The notes: generated by a model from the letters alone, not told the origin. Shown: positions 29,901 through 38,750, counted from the stretch's first letter. The stretch is DNA of 64,000 bases from an uncultured Chloroflexia bacterium (GCA_963700285.1 CAVOXA010000014.1:928001-992000); one strand, 5' to 3'. Numbers and translations are program-made.

Positions 29901-30126
29901 CAATGGGTAACAGGAGGATGCGCCGCCCCAGCTTCTTGGCAAGCTCTTTGAGCTGCGGCACGGTGGTGGGCACGGCACGCCCATCTGGCAGAAGAATGAC
30001 CATAGCCATCAGATGCTGTGCCGGCCCTCCGGCTGCCAGCAGCCGGTCCCGAACTTGGGCCACGGAGTCGGTGCCCTGAAGCGTCAGGACATCACCGGCT
30101 TGAAACTGATCCCACGGGATAAACAT
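26920..30126 (-). CDS. CHAT (caspase HetF-like) protease, multidomain
   Basis: FPWSLVY, FWGWRY, YFFCHG (His722), VFLNMCES (Cys803), GARAVIGT, NPLALAY; SD GGGAGG. Confidence 0.85.
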   Translation of the reverse strand: MFIPWDQFQAGDVLTLQGTDSVAQVRDRLLAAGGPAQHLMAMVILLPDGRAVPTTVPQLKELAKKLGRRILLLPIGSLAEDLCPRPWEISDQPPEYREAEALASRRRMPIIVTSKGKRVGLVRPIGEIESYKSSQGLSFDLFDQSVPEGTGEPFVWFPEKAPLARVAKDLRPYRESPLVYVLLQLAGGGFKLSTKAALNRAIAELSARTTLDPAKVWELPLQQFEAAFSEPCQVRDLEDLSGTQAKSLSRSKALVLVRDGSPASLYPGGLRDAFPYGTAKGGGFDLDTIPNSVLDSVYSLPRALLEPEPEPRFVNLWFEDADRRVVPSRQPLVVGRAYHLALNVGRLLRDSIVDWDRAPAGAQAIVEPQAEDALLYVSLNSQDFDILEPTQSLRLPKKGDSGLVRFQTVPLARTRGADLATLEVCLFYQTCMVQTFSVRAEVVAAGEIAHSAQPQSAQLIHARTANFPDMAKLPPRELSLTITRDGADRYRFTFLVDPDPGDKGATAGSEQVAGVVELFCHVHMTRDDLTHLITKARRQLYNVVQAFDLLQERDARTYRMATRALAQVGRQLYLKLFASASAQALGNWMEEILPDGSTIQVVDLAGDFCFPWSLVYAAQPWDDDEPVDVERFWGWRYEIVILTGKMLDTYRQAQTEMPTDDALRISVGMYERLVGAAEQKAFFAALDSRSGHRLLPEIVTDRRKMGRKLAGADQDIYYFFCHGYTERIATDIQLDTDLVSQFAQQAATSLKDRPQSVREHLDDLFDVSDSWLRLTRGKIPLTMLKETVPSEFSQHPLVFLNMCESAQVLPSLSDGFVPFFLQRGARAVIGTECSMNTLFADDFSRAFLTLFFQGESAGAILLTLRRRYLEEGNPLALAYTLYSDANLRLDGQVLPADGPLQGAERRGLMEDREPRVEAVDALWEDDMAGLMLTLAARVQAEDEGSAQDELQMWDPPEVAFAADTEAGPEWTAKMVAYGQEWWDKLEPKLYDVLCNKGNEQHDELMTALQDGVKMLAAALAPTLVAQVAALPAIAIVVATIAAKKIAESGLETACQLWGDSIASQAESE

Positions 30127-30164
30127 GGCGCCTCCCCCCTGGTACGCTAAAAATAGGCATCTAT

Positions 30165-30194
30165 ATTATACCACACTTATTCAAGCCAGTCCAA
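30165..30194 (-). promoter_or_regulatory. Promoter of the CHAT gene
   Basis: TTGGAC-18 bp-TATAAT with TGn extended -10. Confidence 0.6.
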
Positions 30195-30199
30195 CCGGG

Positions 30200-30228
30200 T
30201 TGATCTATCTTCCCGACTGTGGTAAACT
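30200..30228 (+). promoter_or_regulatory. Divergent promoter of the methyltransferase operon
   Basis: TTGATC-17 bp-TAAACT with TGn extended -10. Confidence 0.55.
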
Positions 30229-30261
30229 GGCGCCTGCCAGATTTAGGCAGGGAGCCGAAGT

Positions 30262-31041
30262 ATGGACGATTTTGATCTCTATGCCCGTTTTTACGACCTG
30301 GACTATGCCGGCTTTGACGATGACCTGCAGTTGGTCCAGCAGTCTGCGATACGTTGTGGATCTCCCATCCTGGAATTGGGCTGTGGCACAGGCCGATTGC
30401 TCCTGCCTCTGGCTGCTGGCGGCTATGAGGTGACCGGTGTGGACATATCGGGGGCAATGTTAAAGATCGCCCGTCAGAAGGCCGCAGTGCAGGGGCTGAG
30501 CAGCCGCGTCACGCTCATTAAACAGGATATGCGCGAGCTAGACCTGGGATGCCGCTACAATCTAGCTTATGCGGTCATCAATTCTTTCATGCACATGATG
30601 ACCACCGACGACCAGTTAGCCGCCCTGAACAGCATCCACAAGCACCTAAACAGTGATGGGATCCTTCTCCTCGATCTGTTCAACCCTCATCCAGACCGAC
30701 TGCTGGACTCCCGTGGCCAGGTGGTGTTGGACAAGGCCATGACCGATCCAGATACCGGCCAGGCCTTGATGAAATTCCGAACCCAGACAGTGGATCTCGC
30801 TGAACAGACTGTGCACACGATCCTGTTCCTCGACGAGACCAACAGCAAGGGCCACCTACAGCGCACAGTCTTTGCCTTTTCCCTGCGCTACATCTTTCGC
30901 AGCGAGCTGGAGCTGCTCCTGGATCGGGCTGGCTTCCAACTCGAAGCGGTCTATGGTTCGTACGACTTGGACGAGTTTACTGACGAGAGCGACAAGATGA
31001 TCGCCGTCGCGCGACGGCTAGAAAAGAGATCGCCTGCCTAA
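30262..31041 (+). CDS. Class I SAM-dependent methyltransferase
   Basis: ILELGCGTGR, GVDISGAML, QDMREL. Confidence 0.92.
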   Translation: MDDFDLYARFYDLDYAGFDDDLQLVQQSAIRCGSPILELGCGTGRLLLPLAAGGYEVTGVDISGAMLKIARQKAAVQGLSSRVTLIKQDMRELDLGCRYNLAYAVINSFMHMMTTDDQLAALNSIHKHLNSDGILLLDLFNPHPDRLLDSRGQVVLDKAMTDPDTGQALMKFRTQTVDLAEQTVHTILFLDETNSKGHLQRTVFAFSLRYIFRSELELLLDRAGFQLEAVYGSYDLDEFTDESDKMIAVARRLEKRSPA

Positions 31042-32069
31042 TGCCCCCGAATACCAATCGTACTCAACCAAGCCGGCGCGCCTTCCTTCGCCTGGCTGGT
31101 CTCAGCACAATCATCGCTGCTTGTGGGTCACCTCAGGCCAGCCTGCGCCTGCCTCAGCCAACCGCGTTGACCATGCCGGCCCCGACCAGCAGCCCTACGT
31201 CCTTTCCAACGTCCACAGCCACTCCTGCGCCGACTGCCACGCCAACCGCAACAGTCACTCCCACAGCCACTCCTACCTCCACGCCTCCGCCGACGGCAAC
31301 TGCAACGCCCACGTCCACGTCGACGCCTACGGCAACAGCCACCCGTGGGCCGTTGCGGGTCATCTCTCTCATTCATGGTCCGGCCCGTTCCCTCGTCGTT
31401 GACCACATCCTCCAACAGTTCGGAGTTGAAGCCACGACTGTACGCGTGGATCTGGAAGAAGTAGTACCTGACCTGCGAGACTATGACGCCGTGATCTTTG
31501 CCGGCGGTGAATACCGTCCCGAGGAATTTGAGGAACCCATTTTCCAGGCCGAACGCGAACGGATCTTGGAGGCGCTCGATGCCGGCGTGCCGATCCTGGG
31601 CATCTGCCTGGGGCACCAGCTTCTCGCCTACTGGCTCGGTGGTGAGGTACGGCGTGGGCGCTGGGAGTTCGGCTGGCTGCCCATCGCCGTTAGCGAGACA
31701 GGCCAGTCCGATCCACTGCTGGCTGGTCTGGGCGAGACCTTTTACGCTTTTCTGTGGCATGGCGATCAAGTGACGCGCCTGCCTGAGGGGGCCGAACTGC
31801 TGGCCTCAACAGAGACATGCCCGGTGCAGGCCTACCGTCTGCGCGACTATCCCGTGTGGGGCGTGCAGTTCAATCCCCAGTACGACCCCGAGATCGCTGA
31901 GGAGGTCATCCGTGGTTCCGCCTGGCTGCCAAGTCAAGGCTATGATCTTGACGCAATGTCCGCTATTGGCTACCGCGAGTACGAAAACGTGGCCGAGCAG
32001 ATCTTTGGCAACTTTTTCCAGTTTGTACAACAAGGTGAAGGAACCCATGCCACGTCTGGCAGTCCGTAG
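31041..32069 (+). CDS. Tat-lipoprotein with Pro/Thr linker and type 1 glutamine amidotransferase-like domain (altered triad)
   Basis: SRRAFLRL + IAAC lipobox, TPTATP repeats, GICLGHQ, WHGDQV, GVQFNPQ. Confidence 0.82.
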   Translation: MPPNTNRTQPSRRAFLRLAGLSTIIAACGSPQASLRLPQPTALTMPAPTSSPTSFPTSTATPAPTATPTATVTPTATPTSTPPPTATATPTSTSTPTATATRGPLRVISLIHGPARSLVVDHILQQFGVEATTVRVDLEEVVPDLRDYDAVIFAGGEYRPEEFEEPIFQAERERILEALDAGVPILGICLGHQLLAYWLGGEVRRGRWEFGWLPIAVSETGQSDPLLAGLGETFYAFLWHGDQVTRLPEGAELLASTETCPVQAYRLRDYPVWGVQFNPQYDPEIAEEVIRGSAWLPSQGYDLDAMSAIGYREYENVAEQIFGNFFQFVQQGEGTHATSGSP

Positions 32070-34455
32070 ACTCCTGGCGGTATTGCTCATCATAGGCGGC
32101 CTGGCCGGCTGCGGGCCACCGCCTGCGCCCCCAGCTGCTCTTGCGCCCCTTGCCAGTCCAAGTGCGGCCTGGTCCTCTACGCCCACCCCACTGGCGACTC
32201 TCCCTGCAATAGCCACTCCCTCAGCCACAAAACGATCACCCTCTCCCACCCTGACCTCAACCTCGCATCCTACCGCTTCACCCACGCTCCCGCCCACCAT
32301 TACCACCATACCTACCCCTGCTCCAACCCTATTGCCAACCCAACCGCCTCTCATGACACCTGCTGTCGGAAAGCCGCTCGAGTTCTCCCTTGGCTGGCGA
32401 TTCGGTAGCAATGGGCATCTGACCGATGCAACCATCATCTACCAGGACAGGAGGCCGCTACTCGTTGTCGCCTCGCTTGGTCGCAACATCTATGCGCTGG
32501 ACGGCGGTGGCGAGATTCTATGGAAGGCAAAAACTGCAGGACCGGCCTATGCCCTGGCTTCCCTCAATGGAGAGTGGGTGGCCACCGGCGACGACTCCGG
32601 CGCAATCACACTCCTGGACGAACAGGGAGGCCGTCTATGGCGGCACGAACTAGGCAGCCGGGTGACGGCCCTGGACGCTGGGTGGCCGGGGAGGGTACTG
32701 GCCGGCGGCTGGCAGGCAGGCCCTCCCCAGGGCGGCCTGTTGGCCCTGCTGAACACCGAGGGCGAAGAGGAACGGGTTCGCTGGCAGGTTAACCTGGACA
32801 GTCCGGTTACCGACGTCACCATCGTACCCGGCGACTCGCGTTCGAACATCCAAGACGGAGGCCTGGCAGTAGGAGCTACCCTGAACGGAGAGGTTCGGGC
32901 GCTGGAGCCAACCGGCATCGAGAGATGGCGCTTCCATGCCGGGGCCCCGATCACACGCCTCGGGCCGCTAGAGGTAGCGGGAGACTCGCTCATCCTAGTT
33001 GGCACACAGGACGGTCGACTGCTCGCGCTGGATGCCGGCACAGAGGGAGCGCAGGCAAGTCAGGGGGACACCGAGCGCCTTCTGTGGCAGCGCTCCCTGG
33101 GTGAGGGTGGGCCGGTCTGGCAGACAGCCGACCTGGACGGCGACCCCGATCCCGAAATTGTCGCTGGGACTGGGGGCCAAGCCCCATTGCTCGCCCTGCT
33201 TTCAGCCCAAGGGGAGGTACTGTGGCGTATCGCCACGACCTCGCCGGTGAATGCAATTGTTTCCGCTGACATGGATGGTGACGACAAACTGGAGATCTTG
33301 GCCGGGCTGGCGAGTGGTGAGATCCACGCCTACGACGTACAAGGAAGATTTCGGGGCTCGATCCACACGGGTCTGCCAGTGTGGGGGCTGGCAGCAGGCG
33401 AGGATGGCAGCGTCTTTGCCCTGGCCGATGTCATCGCCTGGCAGGTCAAGGACGTGGCCGGCCCGACCGGAGGCTCGTGGCTGCCCCCTCCGGCGATGGT
33501 GTCCGCTTCAGAAGATACCCTTGCCCCGGATATCGGTGCGCTCTCCGCCGGCATAGATGGATCGAAGGCCGCTACACTGGTTTTTCTCGGCGACATCGCT
33601 CCGGGGCGTTCGATGGAGGCGCAGTTGGCCCGCTATGGCCCAGCCGCGCCCTGGGAGGGGCTCGCGCCGCTCCTGGAGACAGCAGACCTGGTGGTGGCCA
33701 ACCTGGAGTCTGTCCTTACCACCCAGGGTCATCCTCTGGACAAGGAGTATCTGATTCGAGCCCATCCTCTTTGGGCTCAGACCCTGATCGATGCCGGGCT
33801 GGATCTGGTCACCGTGGCGAATAACCACGCCCTTGACTATGGACAGGTCGGACTGGACGAGACCCTGGCGACGCTGAAAGAATCAGACATTGACGCCATC
33901 GGGGCAAGTGCGTCGGACGATAACTCGCAAAGCCACCGGCCAGCACTGTTCAACCTGAACGGGGTACGCGTGGCAGTCCTGGGCTACGCGGCACTCCGCT
34001 GGAATGGCTCTAGAGACGTACCGGCAACGGACCGTGTAGCATGGGCCGAGCCGGATGCCGTACAGGCCAGCGTCCGCGCGGCGCGGGAGCAGGCGGACTT
34101 TGTCATCGTCTTGTTGCACGCCGGTACCGAGTATGCAGATGAGCCTTCGCCAGACCAGGTGGCTGTAGCCCGGGCGGCGATCGATGCCGGCGCTGCTTTG
34201 GTGGTGGGCCATCATCCCCATGTCACACAAACCGTAGAACAGTACAAGCAGGGGCTCATCGTCTACAGCCTGGGTGATGCGCTCTTTGACATCCCCCGCC
34301 CGGCGGCTATGCGCGGTCATCTCTTACGCGTCCACGTCACAGAGGAGGGACTGGCCGGGGCCGAACTGTGGCCGTTCTGGATCACAGATGCCTTCCGGCC
34401 CCGGTTCCTGGACAACGGCAAAGGGATGCCTCGCGTCAAGATCATCTACCCCTGA
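32047..34455 (+). CDS. Lipoprotein with PQQ-like/FG-GAP beta-propeller and CapA (PGA_cap metallophosphoesterase) domain
   Basis: LAGC lipobox, P/T linker, LWR/RW repeats, DLDGD motifs, GD...NLES...ANNHALDYG...HAG...GHHPH...YSLGD. Confidence 0.85.
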   Translation: MPRLAVRRLLAVLLIIGGLAGCGPPPAPPAALAPLASPSAAWSSTPTPLATLPAIATPSATKRSPSPTLTSTSHPTASPTLPPTITTIPTPAPTLLPTQPPLMTPAVGKPLEFSLGWRFGSNGHLTDATIIYQDRRPLLVVASLGRNIYALDGGGEILWKAKTAGPAYALASLNGEWVATGDDSGAITLLDEQGGRLWRHELGSRVTALDAGWPGRVLAGGWQAGPPQGGLLALLNTEGEEERVRWQVNLDSPVTDVTIVPGDSRSNIQDGGLAVGATLNGEVRALEPTGIERWRFHAGAPITRLGPLEVAGDSLILVGTQDGRLLALDAGTEGAQASQGDTERLLWQRSLGEGGPVWQTADLDGDPDPEIVAGTGGQAPLLALLSAQGEVLWRIATTSPVNAIVSADMDGDDKLEILAGLASGEIHAYDVQGRFRGSIHTGLPVWGLAAGEDGSVFALADVIAWQVKDVAGPTGGSWLPPPAMVSASEDTLAPDIGALSAGIDGSKAATLVFLGDIAPGRSMEAQLARYGPAAPWEGLAPLLETADLVVANLESVLTTQGHPLDKEYLIRAHPLWAQTLIDAGLDLVTVANNHALDYGQVGLDETLATLKESDIDAIGASASDDNSQSHRPALFNLNGVRVAVLGYAALRWNGSRDVPATDRVAWAEPDAVQASVRAAREQADFVIVLLHAGTEYADEPSPDQVAVARAAIDAGAALVVGHHPHVTQTVEQYKQGLIVYSLGDALFDIPRPAAMRGHLLRVHVTEEGLAGAELWPFWITDAFRPRFLDNGKGMPRVKIIYP

Positions 34456-34642
34456 CGCCAAGTCACGGACGACTCGAGTCAGCGTTCGTCCAGGGGCTCG
34501 CCCAAGTCCCGGTCCGAGTGAAGAAGAGCCAGGGCCAGTTCTTAAAGATCACTTGGGGACTCGCAATTGGAACCAATGAGGAGAAGGCAACGTCTTTGAG
34601 ATAGATGACAGGGCACATACGTGCCAAAGAGGAGAAGATCGC

Positions 34643-36103
34643 ATGGCAAAGAAAAAATGGATAGGCTGGGCAGCGGTTGCGACCACCCTGGTGCTGTTGG
34701 GGACTACCGCCTTGAGCGGAGGTCTAGGAGCGAGTCAGGCGGAGGCTCAGGGCGAGGGCCTGGAATTGGCCGTTTACAACCAGGACCTGGCCTTGGTGAA
34801 GGACCCTCGCAGGCTGGACCTGTCGGCAGGGTTGAACGAAGTACGCTTTGGGGATGTGGCAGCACAGATCGACCCCACCAGCGTTCACTTTCGATCACTC
34901 ACCGATCCGGATGGGACCATCGTACTGGAGCAAAACTACGAGTATGATATCGTCAACTCGGCCAAGATGCTCAACAAGTACGTAGACATGGAGATTGGCG
35001 TGGTGACCGAGGATGGGCAAGAGTACTCGGGAACACTTCTCAGCGGCCATGACGACGTCATCCTACAAGATGACAATGGACAGGTGAAGGTAATCCGGCT
35101 GGAGCGGATCAAGGAATTCGAGTTCCCGGCCCTTCCAGAGGGGCTGATCACCCGCCCCACGCTCGTCTGGCAGGTGGAAACGGCCCAGGGTGGCAGCCAA
35201 GATGTGGAAGTTACCTACCTGACGCATGGCATGAACTGGCAAGCCGACTATATCGTGGTGTTGGCTGACAATGATCAGAGCATCGACCTGGACGGCTGGG
35301 TGACCCTGGACAACCACAGTGGGGCCAGCTACTCTGATGCCAAACTCAAGCTCATTGCTGGTGATATCCACCGGGCGCCCACCGACGGCTATGTGGTGGA
35401 AAAGGAGATGGCCTTTGGCGCAGGGGAGGCCCCAGCCGCGCAGGTAGAAGAACGTTCGTTTTTCGAATATCACCTCTATGAAATCCAACGGCCCGTGACG
35501 GTCAAAGACCAGCAGACCAAGCAAATAGAGTTCGTGACCGGCCGCGATGTCCCTGCCGAAAAATTCTTTGTCTACGACGGAGCCCAAATGTACTTCCCGG
35601 GCTACTACCAACCCATCGATGATCCCAGCTACGGCACCGCCTCTAACAAGAAGGTCATGGTCATGCTGGAATTCAAGAACGGCGAAGACGAGGGGCTGGG
35701 GGTGCCGCTGCCCAAGGGAACGCTGCGCGTATACAAGAAGGACGTCGATGGCTCAACGCTGCTCATTGGCGAAGACGCCATCGATCACACACCCAAGGAC
35801 GAGCAGGTACGTCTCTACATCGGTGATGCCTTTGACGTCGTCGGCGAACGAGTCCAGACCGATTTCAAGGCAGAGTATGATGAGGACTGGATCGAAGAGT
35901 CCTACGAGATCACGCTGCGCAACCACAAGAGCGAGGACATCGAGGTGCGCGTCGTGGAGCACATGTTCCGCTGGACCGAGTGGAAGATCCTAGAGGAGAG
36001 CCACGAGCACATCAAGACCGATGCCCGGACCATCGAGTATCGTGTGCCCGTAGAAGCGGGCGGCGAGACCCAAGTGACGTACACGGTCCGGTACGAGTGG
36101 TAA
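34643..36103 (+). CDS. DUF4139 domain secreted protein
   Basis: Signal peptide, AVYNQDLALVKD, EQNYEYD, WQADY, FEYHLY, GEDAIDHTP. Confidence 0.85.
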   Translation: MAKKKWIGWAAVATTLVLLGTTALSGGLGASQAEAQGEGLELAVYNQDLALVKDPRRLDLSAGLNEVRFGDVAAQIDPTSVHFRSLTDPDGTIVLEQNYEYDIVNSAKMLNKYVDMEIGVVTEDGQEYSGTLLSGHDDVILQDDNGQVKVIRLERIKEFEFPALPEGLITRPTLVWQVETAQGGSQDVEVTYLTHGMNWQADYIVVLADNDQSIDLDGWVTLDNHSGASYSDAKLKLIAGDIHRAPTDGYVVEKEMAFGAGEAPAAQVEERSFFEYHLYEIQRPVTVKDQQTKQIEFVTGRDVPAEKFFVYDGAQMYFPGYYQPIDDPSYGTASNKKVMVMLEFKNGEDEGLGVPLPKGTLRVYKKDVDGSTLLIGEDAIDHTPKDEQVRLYIGDAFDVVGERVQTDFKAEYDEDWIEESYEITLRNHKSEDIEVRVVEHMFRWTEWKILEESHEHIKTDARTIEYRVPVEAGGETQVTYTVRYEW

Positions 36104-36229
36104 TGCACGGCAGCGCATCCGGCTGAAAGAGGGCACCGCGACATGGCCATGCACATTCCTGAGCACGTCATCAAAGGGTGTTTGGCAAAAGCTCCAGGCA
36201 ACTGGGTCAGACACGGCCGGTCGATGCGT

Positions 36230-36258
36230 TTGACAAAAGTGAAATTCTGTGAGATAAT
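36230..36258 (+). promoter_or_regulatory. Sigma70-type promoter
   Basis: TTGACA-17 bp-GATAAT with TGn extended -10. Confidence 0.75.
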
Positions 36259-36324
36259 GGCTGCCACGTGGAGCCTGCGGCAGTTTATCATCACGAGCTA
36301 TCATAGAAAAGGGAGGTGGTGCCC

Positions 36325-36378
36325 ATGGACTGTAGTAGTACACCATGCGCCGTAGCATCGCCTCGATTCATCTGGTAG
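36325..36378 (+). CDS. Putative 17-aa small peptide MDCSSTPCAVASPRFIW
   Basis: Very long SD AAAGGGAGGTGGT directly upstream; lies between a promoter and a terminator. Confidence 0.5.
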   Translation: MDCSSTPCAVASPRFIW

Positions 36379-36396
36379 GCTACGGCGCGTACGTCA

Positions 36397-36438
36397 AGGG
36401 AGGGCCTCCTCAACCGGGGAGGCCCTCTCTCTTTGCTT
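36397..36438 (+). terminator. Intrinsic terminator
   Basis: AGGGAGGGCCTCCTC-aacc-GGGGAGGCCCTCTCT followed by CTTTGCTT. Confidence 0.7.
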
Positions 36439-36458
36439 CAAAGAAGGTGGACAAAGCC

Positions 36459-37475
36459 ATGCAGGCGGACTCTTTTGGCGTTGGCAAGCTGCCCATGGCG
36501 TTCCTGCAGACGATGCTGGAACGCTACACAGGGCAGGACGAGCGAATCGTGGTGGGCCCACGGGTCGGCGAAGATGCGGTGGTCTTGGACATGGGCGATC
36601 GCTATCTGGTGGCCAAGACAGATCCCATTACATTCACGACGGACGAAATCGGCTGGTACGTGGTCAACGTCAATGCCAACGATGTCGCGACCGTGGGCGC
36701 TATGCCACGCTGGCTACTGCTCACGCTCCTGCTCCCGGAAGAGGGATCCAATGGGGCACGGGTCGAAGAGATATTCTCTCAGGTACACGAGGCCTGCCAG
36801 GCATTGGGGATCGTCCTGTGTGGTGGCCATACAGAGATCACCTTTGGGCTGGACCGGCCCATTGCCGTAGGTTTCATGCTGGGGGAGATGGAGAAGGAGG
36901 ATCTGGTACGCACTGCCGGTGCGGAGGTGGGTGACCATTTGATTCTAACCAAGGGCATCGCTATCGAGGGCACAGCCGTCTTGGCCCTGGAGATGGGCGA
37001 TCGACTCAAAGAACAAGTAGGCACGGAGTTGGTAGATCGGGGCCGGCGCTTCCTGAAGGAGCCCGGCATCAGCGTCGTGCCCGATTCCCAGATCCTGTGC
37101 CGTACTGGCCGGCCCCACGCCATGCACGACCCCACGGAGGGAGGTCTGGCCACCGGTCTGTGGGAGATGGCCAAGGGGTCTGGAAATGGACTCGTGGTGG
37201 ATCTGGCTCAGGTACGCCAGTTTCCAGAGACCGTCGCATTCTGTCAGGCCCTGGACCTGGATCCTCTGGGCGTCCTGGCTTCTGGCGCGCTGCTGGTTGC
37301 CTGCGCCCCAGAAGAATCGGCATTGATGCTGGAAGCGCTAGCCGGCGAGGGCATCGAGGCAATGATTATCGGACGGGTGGTGGATGGGCCATCAACTGTA
37401 CTCATCGAAACAGATGAAGGGCTGATCCCAATGCCTACCTTCGAGCGGGATGAACTCCTGCGCGTATTGGCCTAG
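36459..37475 (+). CDS. AIR synthase family protein (HypE/PurM-like)
   Basis: GKLP, GEDAVV, KTDPIT, NANDVA, GGHTEIT, MHDPTEGG, LDPLGVLASG. Confidence 0.88.
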   Translation: MQADSFGVGKLPMAFLQTMLERYTGQDERIVVGPRVGEDAVVLDMGDRYLVAKTDPITFTTDEIGWYVVNVNANDVATVGAMPRWLLLTLLLPEEGSNGARVEEIFSQVHEACQALGIVLCGGHTEITFGLDRPIAVGFMLGEMEKEDLVRTAGAEVGDHLILTKGIAIEGTAVLALEMGDRLKEQVGTELVDRGRRFLKEPGISVVPDSQILCRTGRPHAMHDPTEGGLATGLWEMAKGSGNGLVVDLAQVRQFPETVAFCQALDLDPLGVLASGALLVACAPEESALMLEALAGEGIEAMIIGRVVDGPSTVLIETDEGLIPMPTFERDELLRVLA

Positions 37476-37564
37476 CAGCTTCTCCGAATACTCGCTCCCT
37501 AGCCCCCAAGACGGGGCCTGACCCCTCTCGGACGAGAGTCAGGCGGTCGAGCGGGAAAAGAGAT

Positions 37565-37593
37565 TTGACTTTTGGTTTGACCTGTGCTAAAGT
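37565..37593 (+). promoter_or_regulatory. Promoter of the str/ribosomal supercluster
   Basis: TTGACT-17 bp-TAAAGT with TGn extended -10, about 210 nt upstream of rpsL. Confidence 0.65.
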
Positions 37594-37804
37594 TCATCTT
37601 CGCGAGTCGATTTGTCCAGCCCAATAGCTACCCACAGTCCAAGTCGGGGAGCAGGGGGAAGGCCATCGCGGCCCATTGGCGGTGGCCCTCTATGTGTCTG
37701 GAGATAGCAGTGAGCGCCTGCCACTTCTGCTGGATCCCAGATCCAGGAGGAGCCAGGCGCAGGTTCAAAACGTGGAACACAAAGCTACGAAAGGGAGGGG
37801 CGAG

Positions 37805-38236
37805 TTGCCCACGATCAATCAGTTGGTAAGAAAGGGGCGCAAGCCCAAATCGAAAAAAGAAAAAGCACCTGCCCTGCGCTACAGTTCCAATGCGCTCAAG
37901 GGGCGGACAACGCGGCAGCAGAAAGGCAACCCCCAGAAGCGTGGGGTATGCACCCAGGTACGAACCATGACGCCCAAGAAGCCTAACTCGGCGCTGCGCA
38001 AGATCGCACGTGTGCGCTTGACGAATGGCCTTGAGGTCACGGCTTACATCCCCGGCGAGGGACATGGGCTTCAGGAACACTCGGTGGTGCTGGTGCGCGG
38101 TGGTCGTGTCAAGGACCTACCCGGTGTTCGCTACCACATCATCCGTGGTGCGCTGGACTCTGACGGAGTGGACAACCGCAAGCGAGCCCGCTCAAAGTAC
38201 GGGACCAAGCTACCCAAAAGATCGGTGATTATCTAG
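37805..38236 (+). CDS. rpsL: 30S ribosomal protein S12
   Basis: [31 protein letters not shown]; TTG start after SD. Confidence 0.98.
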   Translation: MPTINQLVRKGRKPKSKKEKAPALRYSSNALKGRTTRQQKGNPQKRGVCTQVRTMTPKKPNSALRKIARVRLTNGLEVTAYIPGEGHGLQEHSVVLVRGGRVKDLPGVRYHIIRGALDSDGVDNRKRARSKYGTKLPKRSVII

Positions 38237-38253
38237 AGATAGAGGATATAGAT

Positions 38254-38724
38254 ATGCCAAGACGGAATCGTCCTCCAAAGAGGGACATCGCACCCGACGC
38301 CAAATACAATAGTGTTCTGGTTGCGCGCTTTATTAACAAGCTGATGCAGCACGGCAAAAGGAGCACAGCGCAACGCATTTTTTACGACGCTCTTGACATC
38401 GTCGAGGGCCGAGCCAAGCGTCCCAGCCTGGAGGTATTTGAGCAGGCGGTCAAGAACGCAACGCCGCTCCTCGAGGTAAAGCCCCGAAGGGTAGGTGGTG
38501 CAACCTATCAGGTGCCGGTGGAGGTCCACTCCGACCGCCAGATGTCCTTGGCCATCCGCTGGCTCGTCGGCAGTACGCGACAGCGACCTGGCAAGACAAT
38601 GGCTGAGAAGCTGGCCAATGAGATTATGGACGCTGCCAGCAATACGGGGCAGACAGTCAAGAAGCGCGAAGACACCCATAGGATGGCGGAGGCAAACCGG
38701 GCGTTTGCTCATTACCGCTGGTAG
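38254..38724 (+). CDS. rpsG: 30S ribosomal protein S7
   Basis: [26 protein letters not shown]. Confidence 0.98.
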   Translation: MPRRNRPPKRDIAPDAKYNSVLVARFINKLMQHGKRSTAQRIFYDALDIVEGRAKRPSLEVFEQAVKNATPLLEVKPRRVGGATYQVPVEVHSDRQMSLAIRWLVGSTRQRPGKTMAEKLANEIMDAASNTGQTVKKREDTHRMAEANRAFAHYRW

Positions 38725-38750
38725 GCAGTTCGTAGCCAATGAATCAACTT

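Noticed and set aside
31150-31345. Tandem ACN-CCN repeats (also 32170-32350 and 63560-63760)
   Set aside because: They encode Pro/Thr linkers of surface proteins.
37476-37560. Hairpin-rich stretch as tRNA or ncRNA
   Set aside because: There is no cloverleaf or T-loop motif; it is probably the 3' structure of the AIR-synthase-like gene.
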